A stretch of 64,000 nucleotides of DNA, taken from positions 2,432,001-2,496,000 of the forward strand of contig CAWGMQ010000010.1 of assembly GCA_963823665.1 (NCBI GenBank), read 5' to 3'. The translations under genes and the position numbers were made by a program. The notes beneath the pieces were generated by a model that saw nothing but the letters and a program-made list of their open reading frames with translations, did no database searches and was not told the DNA's origin. Positions 18,627 to 28,342 of the stretch are shown here, piece after piece. Every line of letters starts with the position of its first letter. Positions within the stretch are counted from its first letter, which is position 1. The DNA is from an uncultured Planctomycetota bacterium (lineage in GTDB: Bacteria; Planctomycetota; Planctomycetia; Isosphaerales; Isosphaeraceae).

Positions 18627-19058
18627 TCATGATCCCCGTCTCGCGGTCTTGCGTGCACGGCGCGCCGGCGGAGACACCGTCGCAACGGACGGCTCGGTCT
18701 CAGTCCGGCGTGAGGACCGGTGCACTGAGGCCGGTCGACCATTCTCGGGTGCTTTTTCACACAGCTCTTCGACCTTCTGGCGCGCGGCCGCAGTGCCGTC
18801 GATCAACCCTTGGGCCGCGGCGTTGTTCGCGGGGACGGAACGAGCCAGCAAAATCGTGGGAAAGACCACCCCGTACGCGGTGGCGTAACAGGTGGTGTAA
18901 ACCAATCGGCTGACGAAGCGCCCGGTCGCCGGCCATGTCCGGGCTGCCGCCTCGCGCGCGTCCGCTGCCCCGCGCCGGGCGGCTTGCATGGCGAGTTTCA
19001 CGGTTCTGGTGGTCGCGTCGATCGGGTCGTGGCTCGAGATCGCTTGGGGATGAGACAT
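18627..19058 (-). CDS. Hypothetical protein
   Basis: ORF directly below leader copy 8; VYTTCY..YGVVFP..GLIDG; partly duplicated at 14.9-15.1 kb. Confidence 0.6.
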   Translation of the reverse strand: MSHPQAISSHDPIDATTRTVKLAMQAARRGAADAREAAARTWPATGRFVSRLVYTTCYATAYGVVFPTILLARSVPANNAAAQGLIDGTAAARQKVEELCEKAPENGRPASVHRSSRRTETEPSVATVSPPARRARKTARRGS

Positions 19059-19121
19059 GGGTGTTGGCCTCGTTGAAACAATGTCAAACGATCCGCCGCC
19101 GGCTGCATGCCGAGATCGTTG

Positions 19122-19230
19122 AAAAAAAAAGCCGGCGTGGTCGAAGACCAAGAGGTCCGCGACCACGCCGGCTTACCCGTCGACAGGCGACCCGAAATAC
19201 CCGGGCCGCCCTTCGTCCAGTCATCCGACA
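19122..19230 (-). promoter_or_regulatory. Structured leader/attenuator copy 8
   Basis: Subfamily B core, terminator, U9; promoter TTGCTT-N18-TACCAT at 19324-19295. Confidence 0.85.
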
Positions 19231-19445
19231 AATCAAATCAGTTCCGGGAGCCCACATACGGTTACCCTATGTCGGCTCCCGTCAAACATACGTCATGGTA
19301 CGCGCGGCGGCGAGAGAAAAGCAAGCCTATTCGCTCTGCACCCGGAAAGTGCGTCCCTGAGTTCTTGGGCAAGGAAAGCCCCGGCTCGACAGGAAGAAAT
19401 GTCCGCGCACTGAGGGCTCGAGGGCACGTCGGCCGGCTCCTGGCG

Positions 19446-20159
19446 TCAGCCGAGCAAGCGGTCCAGCTCCTCTGCGACCATTGCGTAGCATTCGCATGAA
19501 GCGGCTTCCATCCCCTTCCGGTCCAGGACGGTCACCCTGCCCCGGTGGTACCTGATCAGCCCGGCGGTCTGGAGGCTGCCCGCCGCCGCGGTTACGGTGG
19601 GGCGGCGGACGCCGAGCATCTGCGCCAGGAACTCATGGGTGAGCGGGAACTCGTCGGTCCCCACCCGGTCGTGGCTCATCAGCAGCCAGCGGCACAGGCG
19701 TTTCTTGACAGAGTGCCGGTGGTTGCAGACGGTCGACTGCGAAATCTGGTTAATCATTGCCTGGGTGCTCCGCTGGACCAAGCTGTACAACGTGCCGCGC
19801 CGCAGCATCTCCTCCTGAAAGACCTTGGTTTCCATCCGGAGCGCATCGCCTGCAACCTGCGAAATCGCTCTGGTCAGGCTGCTCTGGCACCCGAGGAAGA
19901 CAGGGGTGCCGACCATGCCCTCGTTGCCGATGATGCCCACTTCGAGCGAGAAGCCGCCGTCCATGATGATCACCAGGGAAACCACCCCGTCCAGCGGGAA
20001 ATGGACGTGCGGAATCGGGCCGTTCGGTTCGTAGAGAATGTCCCTCAAGGGTAAGGACACCTTCTCCAGATGGGGACGCAGGCGGTCGTATTCCTTCCTC
20101 GGCAAAGCAGCCAACAGCCGATTCTCGCCGAGAACGTGGACTCTCCGAAACTTAGCCAT
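19446..20159 (-). CDS. Crp/Fnr family transcriptional regulator
   Basis: NRLLAAL..GNEGMVG..RLCRWLL..THEFLAQMLGVRR..SCECY. Confidence 0.9.
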   Translation of the reverse strand: MAKFRRVHVLGENRLLAALPRKEYDRLRPHLEKVSLPLRDILYEPNGPIPHVHFPLDGVVSLVIIMDGGFSLEVGIIGNEGMVGTPVFLGCQSSLTRAISQVAGDALRMETKVFQEEMLRRGTLYSLVQRSTQAMINQISQSTVCNHRHSVKKRLCRWLLMSHDRVGTDEFPLTHEFLAQMLGVRRPTVTAAAGSLQTAGLIRYHRGRVTVLDRKGMEAASCECYAMVAEELDRLLG

Positions 20160-20260
20160 TCTGCCCCTCCCCGCTGCGGTCGGGGCCGGGGGGTTCGCTG
20201 CACCCGGACCCGACCCTTGCCCTTCTCGTTCCATTATCGCAAGAAAAATTCTTGCCGTCT

Positions 20261-20329
20261 TGTCGGAAACCGTACAGACGATGAGCGTCTGCCAGCAGAC
20301 AAAGTGATAGAATGGTCTGCTGGCAGACA
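20261..20329. promoter_or_regulatory. Three palindromic operator-like boxes between divergent Crp/Fnr genes
   Basis: TGTCGGAAACCGTACA; GTCTGCCAGCAGAC and its exact reverse complement flank TGATAGAAT. Confidence 0.55.
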
Positions 20330-20414
20330 GACCAGGAAGGTCGATCTGTGCCGCCGCTATACGCCTTGCAGTCGTCCTGCGGACGCTGGCGGGGAGCAGG
20401 GAGGGTGGGGAGCC

Positions 20415-21128
20415 GTGTCCAAAACCAAACCGCTCGCTGTGCCGCCGGGCAACCGGCTCCTGAGCCGGTTGCCCGCGGACGACTACCAGCGCCTTCTGCC
20501 CCGGCTACAACTCGTCCCGCTGACGTTGAAGCACGTCCTTTACGAGGCCCGATCGTCCATCGACTACGCCTACTTCCCCAACCGTGGTGTCGTCTCCGCT
20601 CTGACCGTGATGGAGGACGGCAGGGCCATCGAGGTAGCGACGATCGGCGACGATGGCATGGTCGGCCTCCCACTCCTCGTCGGGGCCACGATAACGGCCA
20701 ATCGGGTGATCGTGCAGGTTCCAGGCGACGCCCTGCGGATGCCGGAAGCGGCGCTGCGGGAAGAGGTGAGCCGGGAAAGCGCCTTGCGCCGGTTGCTGAT
20801 CCTCTACCACACCGCCTTTCTTGCCGAGGTTTCTCAGGCCGTGGCTTGCAATGGCCTGCACTCGGTTCACCAGCGCTGTTGCCGATGGCTGTTGATGACC
20901 CAGGACCGGGCGCACTCGGATGTCTTCCCAATGACGCACGAGTTCCTGGCCGAGATGCTCGGCGTGCGGCGCTCTACTGTCTCCGAGGTTCTCGAACCCT
21001 TCCAGCAGAAAGGATTGATCCGTTACAGCCGGGGGAAACTCACTGTCCTCGATCGGGATGGCTTGATGGCCGGCTCTTGCGAGTGCTACCGGAGCATCGC
21101 CGATGAATTCGCACGATTGTTCGGTTGA
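20415..21128 (+). CDS. Crp/Fnr family transcriptional regulator
   Basis: Paralogue of 19446-20159; THEFLAEMLGVRR HTH, SCECY. Confidence 0.9.
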   Translation: MSKTKPLAVPPGNRLLSRLPADDYQRLLPRLQLVPLTLKHVLYEARSSIDYAYFPNRGVVSALTVMEDGRAIEVATIGDDGMVGLPLLVGATITANRVIVQVPGDALRMPEAALREEVSRESALRRLLILYHTAFLAEVSQAVACNGLHSVHQRCCRWLLMTQDRAHSDVFPMTHEFLAEMLGVRRSTVSEVLEPFQQKGLIRYSRGKLTVLDRDGLMAGSCECYRSIADEFARLFG

Positions 21129-21269
21129 ACACAAAAGGAAGGCTCGCGACGGGCGCAGCAAATAGCGCTTGCCTTGTCTGTCGGAAAGCGTACGGACGAC
21201 TTTGAAAACAGGTAGTAAAAAGACATAACACGATAAGTTGGTGGACCAAACGAGGGTTTTGGCGTTCCT

Positions 21270-21647
21270 ATGAAAACACGGGGCGAGATCGAAGCCGCCG
21301 TTTGCGAACTGATGAGACGCTTCCAACTGGAGTACATGGGCCGTGGACCCAGGGACATTCACGCCCACCTGATCGGTGATTTCCTTGTGGTCCGCCTCCA
21401 GGGCGTGTTGACCGCGGCTGAACAGCAGCTCGTCAAGTCGATCCCGTCCGCGAACGGGAGGGACCTGCTCAAACAAGTACGCACTCATCTGATCGAAACG
21501 GCTCGGCCGGTCATGGAAGCAATGATCCAGGAGGTCACAGGCGTCAAGGTGTTGAGCCTGCACCACGACATCAGCACGGTGACCGGAGAAGAGGTCGTGC
21601 TCTTCACTCTGGCCAGGTTGCCTGATTTTAGGCAGCCGAACAAATGA
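21270..21647 (+). CDS. DUF2294 (MpsC/YbcI-like) protein
   Basis: MKTRGEIEAAV..GRGPRDI..LHHDISTVTGEEV. Confidence 0.85.
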   Translation: MKTRGEIEAAVCELMRRFQLEYMGRGPRDIHAHLIGDFLVVRLQGVLTAAEQQLVKSIPSANGRDLLKQVRTHLIETARPVMEAMIQEVTGVKVLSLHHDISTVTGEEVVLFTLARLPDFRQPNK

Positions 21648-21674
21648 CTGTACTATGAATCGGGGTGCGAAAAC

Positions 21675-23633
21675 GTGGAAGCGAACGATGACAACCGCGC
21701 ACACCAACTGGAACTCGCCCTTGCGTACGCAGAGAATATCGTCGCGACTTTGCGAGAGCCATTTGTCGTTCTCGATAACAGCCTGCGGGTTCGCTCGGCC
21801 AACGCGGCCTTCTACCGGAACTTTCATGCCTCGAATCCAGAGACGGAGGGCCGCTTCGTCTACGACTTGGGCAACGGTCAGTGGAACATCCCCCAACTGC
21901 GGACGCTACTCACACAAGTCCTGAGCAACAGCCATCCCGTCGAAGATTTCGAGGTTGAACACGACTTCCCCGCTCTCGGGCGAAGGAACATGCTGCTCAA
22001 CGCCCGCAGATTCCCTCCAGAGAGCAACGACCCGCATTTGGTCCTTCTTGCCATCGAGGACATTACCGACCGCAGGCGGGCCGCAGCCGCCATGGAGCAC
22101 TCCGAAGTCCGGTACCGGCGGTTGTTCGAGATGGCCAAGGACGGCATTTTGATCCTGGACGCCAACACGGGAAAGGTGATCGACGCCAACCCCTTCATGA
22201 CGGCCTTGCTGGGCTACTCGCACGACGATTTCTTGGGCAAGGAACTGTGGGAGATCGGCCTGTTCCGAGACATCAACGAGAGCCGGGCCGTTTACCGCGA
22301 ACTGCAAGAGAAGGGCTACGTCCGCTACGAGAATCTGCCGCTGGAAAACACAAGCGGGCACAAGGTCGAGGTCGAGTTCGTCAGCAACGTCTATGGAGAG
22401 AACAACCACCAGGTCGTTCAATGCAACATCCGCGACATCACCGAACGCAGCCGCCTTCAGCGACTGACGCAAGAGCAAGCGCAGGCACTCGCCGATTTGG
22501 ACCGTCGCAAGGATGAGTTCCTGGCGATGCTCGGCCATGAACTTCGAAACCCGCTTGCCCCCATCCTCAATGCCGTTCTTCTCTTGCGCCTGCACAGCAC
22601 CCGGAATCGTCTACAGGGCATCGAGAACCCGGTACTTCAGCAATCCGCCGGCATCATTGAGCGGCAGGTGGGGCAACTGACACGGATCGTTGATGAATTG
22701 CTCGAAGTCTCTCGCATCACCACGGGCAGGATTCAGCTTCGCCAAGAATCGATCGCCGTCGGCGTCGTGGCGGAAAATGCGGTGGCGACGGTCCGCTCGC
22801 TGATCGAACAACGTAAGCATAAACTGACGGTGTCGCTGCCGACGCAAGCGATCTGGGTGCACGCGGACGCGGCCCGGTTGGAACAGGTCGTCGTGAACCT
22901 CCTCACCAATGCCGCCAAGTACACGGACCGAGGCGGTCACGTCTGGTTGACTTTGCAACAAGAAGGCGCGGACGCGGTGCTGCGTGTGCGGGATACGGGC
23001 GTCGGCATCGCCCCCGAAATACTGCCCCGCATCTTCGACCTGTTCACGCAGGCAGAACGGTCCCTGGATCGCGCGCAAGGCGGGTTGGGTATCGGACTGG
23101 CTCTGGTGCAGCGCCTCGTGGAAATGCACGGCGGATCGGTGGCGGCTTCCAGCACATTGGGACAAGGCAGCGAGTTCGTCGTGCGTCTGCCGGTGACGGC
23201 GCCCCCCCGGCCGCGGGCGTCATCGCCGCCCGCCAAAACGGCCCAGCCGATCGCAACATCCTTGCGAGTGTTGGTGGTGGATGACAACGTGGATACGGTG
23301 ACGACTCTGGCGTTGCTGGCGAAAGAATCCGGCTGCGACGTTCGTACGGCGTACGATGGCTCGACGGTTCTGGAAGCGGCCCTGGATTACCGGCCGGACG
23401 TCGTGCTGTTGGACATCGGATTGCCGGGCCTCAATGGCTATGAGGTAGTGAAGCAGCTCCGTCAGCAGCCCGCTCTTCAGAACATCGTGGTCGTCGCCAT
23501 GACTGGGTACGGCGGGGAGGGTGACGTTCAGCGCTCGTTTGCGGCGGGCTTCGATCACCACTTGGTCAAACCGGGCGATTTCGGGAAAGTGCTGCAAATC
23601 TTGGCGACCGTCTCGGAGTTGCCGGCACGATGA
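21675..23633 (+). CDS. PAS-PAS hybrid histidine kinase (HisKA-HATPase-REC)
   Basis: GHELRNPL, NLLTNAAKY, GLGIGL, LLDIGLPG..HLVKP. Confidence 0.92.
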   Translation: MEANDDNRAHQLELALAYAENIVATLREPFVVLDNSLRVRSANAAFYRNFHASNPETEGRFVYDLGNGQWNIPQLRTLLTQVLSNSHPVEDFEVEHDFPALGRRNMLLNARRFPPESNDPHLVLLAIEDITDRRRAAAAMEHSEVRYRRLFEMAKDGILILDANTGKVIDANPFMTALLGYSHDDFLGKELWEIGLFRDINESRAVYRELQEKGYVRYENLPLENTSGHKVEVEFVSNVYGENNHQVVQCNIRDITERSRLQRLTQEQAQALADLDRRKDEFLAMLGHELRNPLAPILNAVLLLRLHSTRNRLQGIENPVLQQSAGIIERQVGQLTRIVDELLEVSRITTGRIQLRQESIAVGVVAENAVATVRSLIEQRKHKLTVSLPTQAIWVHADAARLEQVVVNLLTNAAKYTDRGGHVWLTLQQEGADAVLRVRDTGVGIAPEILPRIFDLFTQAERSLDRAQGGLGIGLALVQRLVEMHGGSVAASSTLGQGSEFVVRLPVTAPPRPRASSPPAKTAQPIATSLRVLVVDDNVDTVTTLALLAKESGCDVRTAYDGSTVLEAALDYRPDVVLLDIGLPGLNGYEVVKQLRQQPALQNIVVVAMTGYGGEGDVQRSFAAGFDHHLVKPGDFGKVLQILATVSELPAR

Positions 23634-23843
23634 GAATCCGCGAGAATTCGAGGATACCTGCCAGCCAGCGCCAAGGGGCCCGAACCTCGGGCGGCGTCCC
23701 GCGAGACGTTCTGGTCTCAATAATACCGGTCGCAACACCGGGGACTTGTGTCCTCTTGCCGTAGCGTGCATACTGATGAATGTTCTGCGGGATTCGACAA
23801 GAGACAAGCGCACGTCGGCTCCCGGAAATGACATGATTTGATT

Positions 23844-23952
23844 TGTCGGATGACTAGACGAAGGGCGGCCGGGCTATTCCGGGTCGTCTGTCGAAGAGTA
23901 AGCCGGCGTGGTCGAGGACCTGAGGGTTTTCGACCACGCCGGCTCTTTTTTT
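23844..23952 (+). promoter_or_regulatory. Structured leader/attenuator copy 9 (upstream of HPr)
   Basis: Subfamily B core, terminator, U tract; promoter TTGTGT-N17-CATACT at 23746-23774. Confidence 0.85.
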
Positions 23953-24063
23953 CACTCGCGTTTACTCGGCTCGACCCGAGCGCCTTAAGAGGCCAGAATG
24001 CGACGATCCAATTCTGAATCCTCATCCGATCCATCATCCGAAAACGGCTGCGTTCATCCGGGA

Positions 24064-24372
24064 ATGAGCCACGAGATGCCAGTCGCCCGTCGGCAAGTCG
24101 AAATTACGAACCGTCTCGGTCTGCACCTGCGGGCCGCCGATCAGTTCGTCAGGCTCGCTCGAGGGTTCCAGTGTGAGATTCGGGTGCATTACCAGGGCAA
24201 CGCATGCAACGGCAAAAGCATCCTTGAGCTGATGACTTTAGCCGCCGAGTGCGGCGCACGTCTCGACCTGGAGGCGTGCGGGCCCGACGCGGTTGCCGCC
24301 GTCGAGGCTCTGGCCGTTGTGGTCGCGGCTGGATTCTACCAGGACGAGAACGAAAGAGAGCAATCCGCATGA
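24064..24372 (+). CDS. ptsH: HPr family phosphocarrier protein
   Basis: GLHLRAA (His15) and NGKSILELM (Ser46). Confidence 0.88.
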   Translation: MSHEMPVARRQVEITNRLGLHLRAADQFVRLARGFQCEIRVHYQGNACNGKSILELMTLAAECGARLDLEACGPDAVAAVEALAVVVAAGFYQDENEREQSA

Positions 24373-24518
24373 CGTCCGTGCAACGATGATCTCGCAGATC
24401 CGTGGAACAAGAGATTACAAAAGAATTCACTTGATTTTATCCGACCGCGCGGGACAATGAACATAATCACGGGGCACGCGTGGATTGACATTCGGCTCCG
24501 ATGAAAAGGTGAATCGAA

Positions 24519-24631
24519 GTTGTCGGACGACTAGACAAAGGGCAACCCGGCTTAGTCCGGGGGGCTCGTTCTTGAGTAAGCCGGCGTGGCCGAACCCCTG
24601 TGGGTGTTTGGCCACGCCGGCTTTTTTATTT
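24519..24631 (+). promoter_or_regulatory. Structured leader/attenuator copy 10 (upstream of DUF1328-YihY)
   Basis: Core, terminator, U tract; promoter TTGATT-N16-GACAAT at 24431-24458. Confidence 0.85.
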
Positions 24632-24748
24632 CGCTTGCCGAGGCGTTCCAGGCCGCGGACTCGGTGAGGTCGCTCACCATTCGTGGAGCCTGGGCGTGGG
24701 CCCCGCTCGCGATGAGCACCAGTCTTTTTTATGGAAAGAGAGAATCCC

Positions 24749-24919
24749 ATGCTCGGTTGGGCCATAACGTTCGCGATCCTCGCACTGCTCGCCGGCCTCT
24801 TCGGTTTCATGGCTCTTGAAGGCAGCCTCGCCTTGATCGCCAAGGTTTTGCTGTTCGTTTTCCTGGCCTTTTTCGTGATCTCGCTGATCGTTGGCAGGAG
24901 GCGCGGGCTCACTGTTTGA
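24749..24919 (+). CDS. DUF1328 (UPF0391) small membrane protein
   Basis: MLGWAITF..ALLAGLFGF..IAKVLLFVF. Confidence 0.85.
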   Translation: MLGWAITFAILALLAGLFGFMALEGSLALIAKVLLFVFLAFFVISLIVGRRRGLTV

Positions 24920-25116
24920 TCTTGGTTGGGGCGAACTCAACCGGCGAAATCCCGCCGCCCAGCTACGCGGGTGAGACCGGCAGGTGAGAACGTTGATTAA
25001 CGTCAACGCTCTCTCCCCGTCGGCCGCGGGAATGGGGCGGCTGAATGGGCCAGGTGAAGGTGCAAACCGGGAAGCCGGTCGCTCCTTCGCCTCCGGCGAG
25101 CGCGTAGGAGCCGCAC

Positions 25117-26034
25117 ATGCAGATCCGCCTCCGCCCGCCCACACCGATGAGTCTCGGCGGCCTCTCCCCGCGCCAGCTCGCCGTGGGAGTCTGGAAACGG
25201 TTGGCGGAACACGACGCCATGACCTGGGCGGCTGCCGTTGGCTTCTACGCGATGCTCGCCGTGGTCCCGTTCCTGGCTCTCGTCCTGGTCGTCGTGGTCT
25301 TGCGACTGCCCGACCTCTCCGGCGCAGGCCACCGGACGATCGGCCTCGGTAACCTCACGGTCGACCAGCTCGAAGCGACGCTCAAGTCATTCTTCCCGAA
25401 CGAAGCCTATGTCCTGGTCAGGGACCAGATCGCACGCATTCAGAGTGAGCCTCCCTTCGCTCTGCTTTCCCTGGGCGGGGCGATCGCGCTCTGGAGTGCG
25501 TCCAGCCTGTTCCTCGTCGTCATCGACGCGCTGAACCGGACCTACGGGGTCAAGGAGACGCGATCGTTCGTGAAGCTCCGGCTCACCGCATTCGCGATGA
25601 CGCTCCTCCAGGCGGCCTGCCTGCTCTCTTCGCTCGTGGCGATCGTCGCCTGGCCGCAGATCCTCCGCGCAATCGGTTTGGACCCGAGCGGTGCCGTCGC
25701 ATGGCTGGCGGCGGCCCTCCGATGGTCTGCCGTCTTCCTGATGGTGCTCCTGAGTTTCGCGCTGACATTCCATGTCGGCCCCGACGTTCGCCATCCCTGG
25801 GCCTGGGTCACGCCGGGAAGCCTGGCAGGAACCATCGCCTTCCTCGTCTTCTGCATCCTTTTCCGTGTCTACGTCCAGAACTTCGGCCGCTACAACCAGT
25901 CGCTCGGAGCGCTGGGTGGGGTCATCGTGCTGCTGTCCTGGTTCTGGGTCGTCGCCCTGGTGCTCCTGGCCGCGGCCGAAATGGATCGAGCGATCGAGGC
26001 TGGCTCCCCGACCGCCAGGTCCCCCGCCGGATGA
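25117..26034 (+). CDS. YihY/virulence factor BrkB family membrane protein
   Basis: AAAVGFYAML..PF, ALN..YGV.E.R, PG, YVQNFG.YN..GALGG. Confidence 0.88.
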   Translation: MQIRLRPPTPMSLGGLSPRQLAVGVWKRLAEHDAMTWAAAVGFYAMLAVVPFLALVLVVVVLRLPDLSGAGHRTIGLGNLTVDQLEATLKSFFPNEAYVLVRDQIARIQSEPPFALLSLGGAIALWSASSLFLVVIDALNRTYGVKETRSFVKLRLTAFAMTLLQAACLLSSLVAIVAWPQILRAIGLDPSGAVAWLAAALRWSAVFLMVLLSFALTFHVGPDVRHPWAWVTPGSLAGTIAFLVFCILFRVYVQNFGRYNQSLGALGGVIVLLSWFWVVALVLLAAAEMDRAIEAGSPTARSPAG

Positions 26035-26195
26035 TCGCCCCGACCGATCGCACCGACTCCGAGGGCGCGGACTGCGCGTACACGAACGGACACCCTCTGC
26101 GCCCGAAGTCCGCGGCGTCAGGACCGGCAGGGAGTTCCTGAAATCGCCGACGGGCTCAGCCCAACGGTGTCCACCGTCGGCGCCGCCGTCGCGTT

Positions 26196-26324
26196 CACCG
26201 TGAGCCCGAACCCCAGGTTGACGAGCACGATCGTCGTCAGGTAGTGGCTGATCCGCTGGCCTATCTCCGCCATGGTCCGGCTCGTTAGTTTGATCTGGCG
26301 CTCGCCGAAGACCTGAACGATCCG
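26196..26324 (-). pseudogene. Internal fragment of an AI-2E family transporter
   Basis: RIVQVFGERQIKLTSRTMAEIGQRISHYL..VNLGFGLTV matches the intact gene at 53198-55027. Confidence 0.75.
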
Positions 26325-26418
26325 TTCAACGGCGTGAAGGTGAGGCGATTTTTTTTCGTTTCCCTCGGTGCGGCGGCGAACTCGTTGTGTCTGCCCCTCA
26401 ATAATCCCGGGATTACCG

Positions 26419-26871
26419 CTAACTCAGAATTGGATCGGCAAGAGCTTCGTTCACGCCAGATGCAGCCCATATCTGCAAAGATGCGGCAACAAGTTGTGAG
26501 TCCTCGTTTGCGTCGATATCGAACACCTTGCCCCACCGCATGCGAATGATGTGAACGCCGTGATTGTGATAGGGTGAGCCATCCGGGAGATCCTGGACTC
26601 CGGACCACCGCATGATGACGGTCGTATTCCAGGGGAAACCCTTCACCCATACATCATGAACCGTGAGTTGCAACGTAGGAGCCAGCCGGCCCAGTCGTTC
26701 AAACCATCGCCCCAGCGCTTCACGATCGTGCCGCTCGCCACCCAGTGCATGATGCCCGCCAAACCGGTGATGAACATCCGGGGTACAACCCTTCAAGATT
26801 GCAGCGTAGTCCTTCCGATTCACTCGTCGCAAGTTTTGTAGGGCAATTCGTTTGACAATCGCGTGATACAT
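26419..26871 (-). CDS. SnoaL-like/NTF2-fold protein
   Basis: HRFGG.HALGG..WF.RL..Y.N.GVH..RWGKV..EDSQ; GGAGG RBS. Confidence 0.75.
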   Translation of the reverse strand: MYHAIVKRIALQNLRRVNRKDYAAILKGCTPDVHHRFGGHHALGGERHDREALGRWFERLGRLAPTLQLTVHDVWVKGFPWNTTVIMRWSGVQDLPDGSPYHNHGVHIIRMRWGKVFDIDANEDSQLVAASLQIWAASGVNEALADPILS

Positions 26872-27060
26872 GAATACCTCCGTCGAAATCTCGTAAGAGC
26901 GATACTGCTGCCCGTTGGATGTTCGATGCTCCTTTTGTCCCGATTTTGTCCCGACTCCACACGCGCGGCTACTGCTTGCGGTCGCGCCACCAGAAGTCAA
27001 TCGTCGACGAAGACGATCAACGCCCAGAGAGGCCAGACCGAGTGGGCTTTTGCAGCATGC

Positions 27061-28341
27061 TCAGCGCGACGACTTCCCAAACGTCGTTAACAGCCAATTG
27101 AAAGTTGCCGCGTGAACCAGGCTTAAATTGCCTACCTGGCAGTGCTGCGCTCCGCCGGAAGCGCGATCGAATTTCTTGACCGTTACGCTGCGCGCGTTGA
27201 CGAGCGCCGCTTGAAAGTCCGCGGTTTGGTGGGCGGGGATGAAGTGATCCTCTTCCCCTACGAGGATCAATACGTGCTGCCGAATGCGCTCGGCGACGGC
27301 TGCCAGCGTGTAAGGGCCGAACGCTGCTCCCGTCTGCTTCGGCGTTTTCGTGCCCATCGTCCAGCGCGCATTGTTATACGCCCACACGAAATCCGCGCTC
27401 TTCGATAAAACCGGGTCATCCGCCAGGTCAACCACCCGGCGCGCCGTTTCTCCCATATCGAAGCACGTGTCGTAGGAGACAAGCCCGTCAAACCTTTCAT
27501 CGAACGCGGCGGCTCGCGGTGCGAGATAGCCCCCCATGCTCATGCCGATGAGCACCACCTTCCCCGGCTTGGGATGACTGCGTAGAAATTCATCCATGAC
27601 GGCGCGCGTCGGCCGCTCCCATTCCGGCGTGAAGGTGAGGCCATGCCTTCGAAGCGGCTCGCCCTGGCCGGGACCCTCGTAGGCCAAGAAGGAGTAACCA
27701 CGTTCAAGTGCCGCTTTGCCGAACACCAGATAAAGTTCCTCCAAAATCGAGTCGAAGCCCCCGACGAAGACGATCAACGGCTTCCGGTCGGCGCCGTCCG
27801 GTCCGGGCCAATAGAACCCCCGCAGTTCGCCGCCTTCGTATGGTACGGTAATCCGCTCGTAACGGCTCCCGCACGCGGCCAGAGCCTGGCAGAAATACGC
27901 TTTTGTCTTTTCCCACGAAGGTGGCCGTTTTGGATCGTCGGGGAGAAGAAGGAACTCCGCCGTGCGTTGATAATTGTGAGCGCGCATTAAGGCGCCGCTG
28001 TTGCTGATTGGATCCAGCATGCCCTCGGCCGTCCCAGCCACGCGGGCTGCGGTCGCTGACCATGCAGCGTACCAACTCTGGACATCCCCTTCCGTGATGA
28101 GTTTCACAGTTTCCAGAACTTCGCCGGCTTCTGCGCCTCCCGATTGCATGTAGCCCAGCGACCTCAGCGTTTCAAAATGAAAGGTCTGGTTGGTGAAGAA
28201 CCTGCCGTTGCCCGATCGAGCTTCCGGACCGGCGTCGGCCGCAAGTTTTTGCGCTGCTTCTGCAGTGGCTGCTCCGCCATGAACAATCGCCGATTGAGGG
28301 GCGGAATGTGGATTCGTTTTCACTTCAGTCACGGTATTCAT
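27061..28341 (-). CDS. Alpha/beta hydrolase (FrsA/DUF1100-like)
   Basis: GGFDS, EGPGQG, GMSMGG nucleophile elbow, HC. Confidence 0.85.
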   Translation of the reverse strand: MNTVTEVKTNPHSAPQSAIVHGGAATAEAAQKLAADAGPEARSGNGRFFTNQTFHFETLRSLGYMQSGGAEAGEVLETVKLITEGDVQSWYAAWSATAARVAGTAEGMLDPISNSGALMRAHNYQRTAEFLLLPDDPKRPPSWEKTKAYFCQALAACGSRYERITVPYEGGELRGFYWPGPDGADRKPLIVFVGGFDSILEELYLVFGKAALERGYSFLAYEGPGQGEPLRRHGLTFTPEWERPTRAVMDEFLRSHPKPGKVVLIGMSMGGYLAPRAAAFDERFDGLVSYDTCFDMGETARRVVDLADDPVLSKSADFVWAYNNARWTMGTKTPKQTGAAFGPYTLAAVAERIRQHVLILVGEEDHFIPAHQTADFQAALVNARSVTVKKFDRASGGAQHCQVGNLSLVHAATFNWLLTTFGKSSR

Positions 28342-28342
28342 T

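Noticed and set aside
20287..20328. Invertible promoter switch
   Set aside because: The spacer is only 14 bp and no recombinase is present; operator sites are more plausible.
24535..24570. c-di-GMP-I (GEMM) or T-box identity, suggested by GGGCAACC and GUGG
   Set aside because: No GNRA/receptor pair, GCAAAG junction or second stem of GEMM; no GGUGGNACC T-box or specifier context. Needs cmscan to exclude formally.
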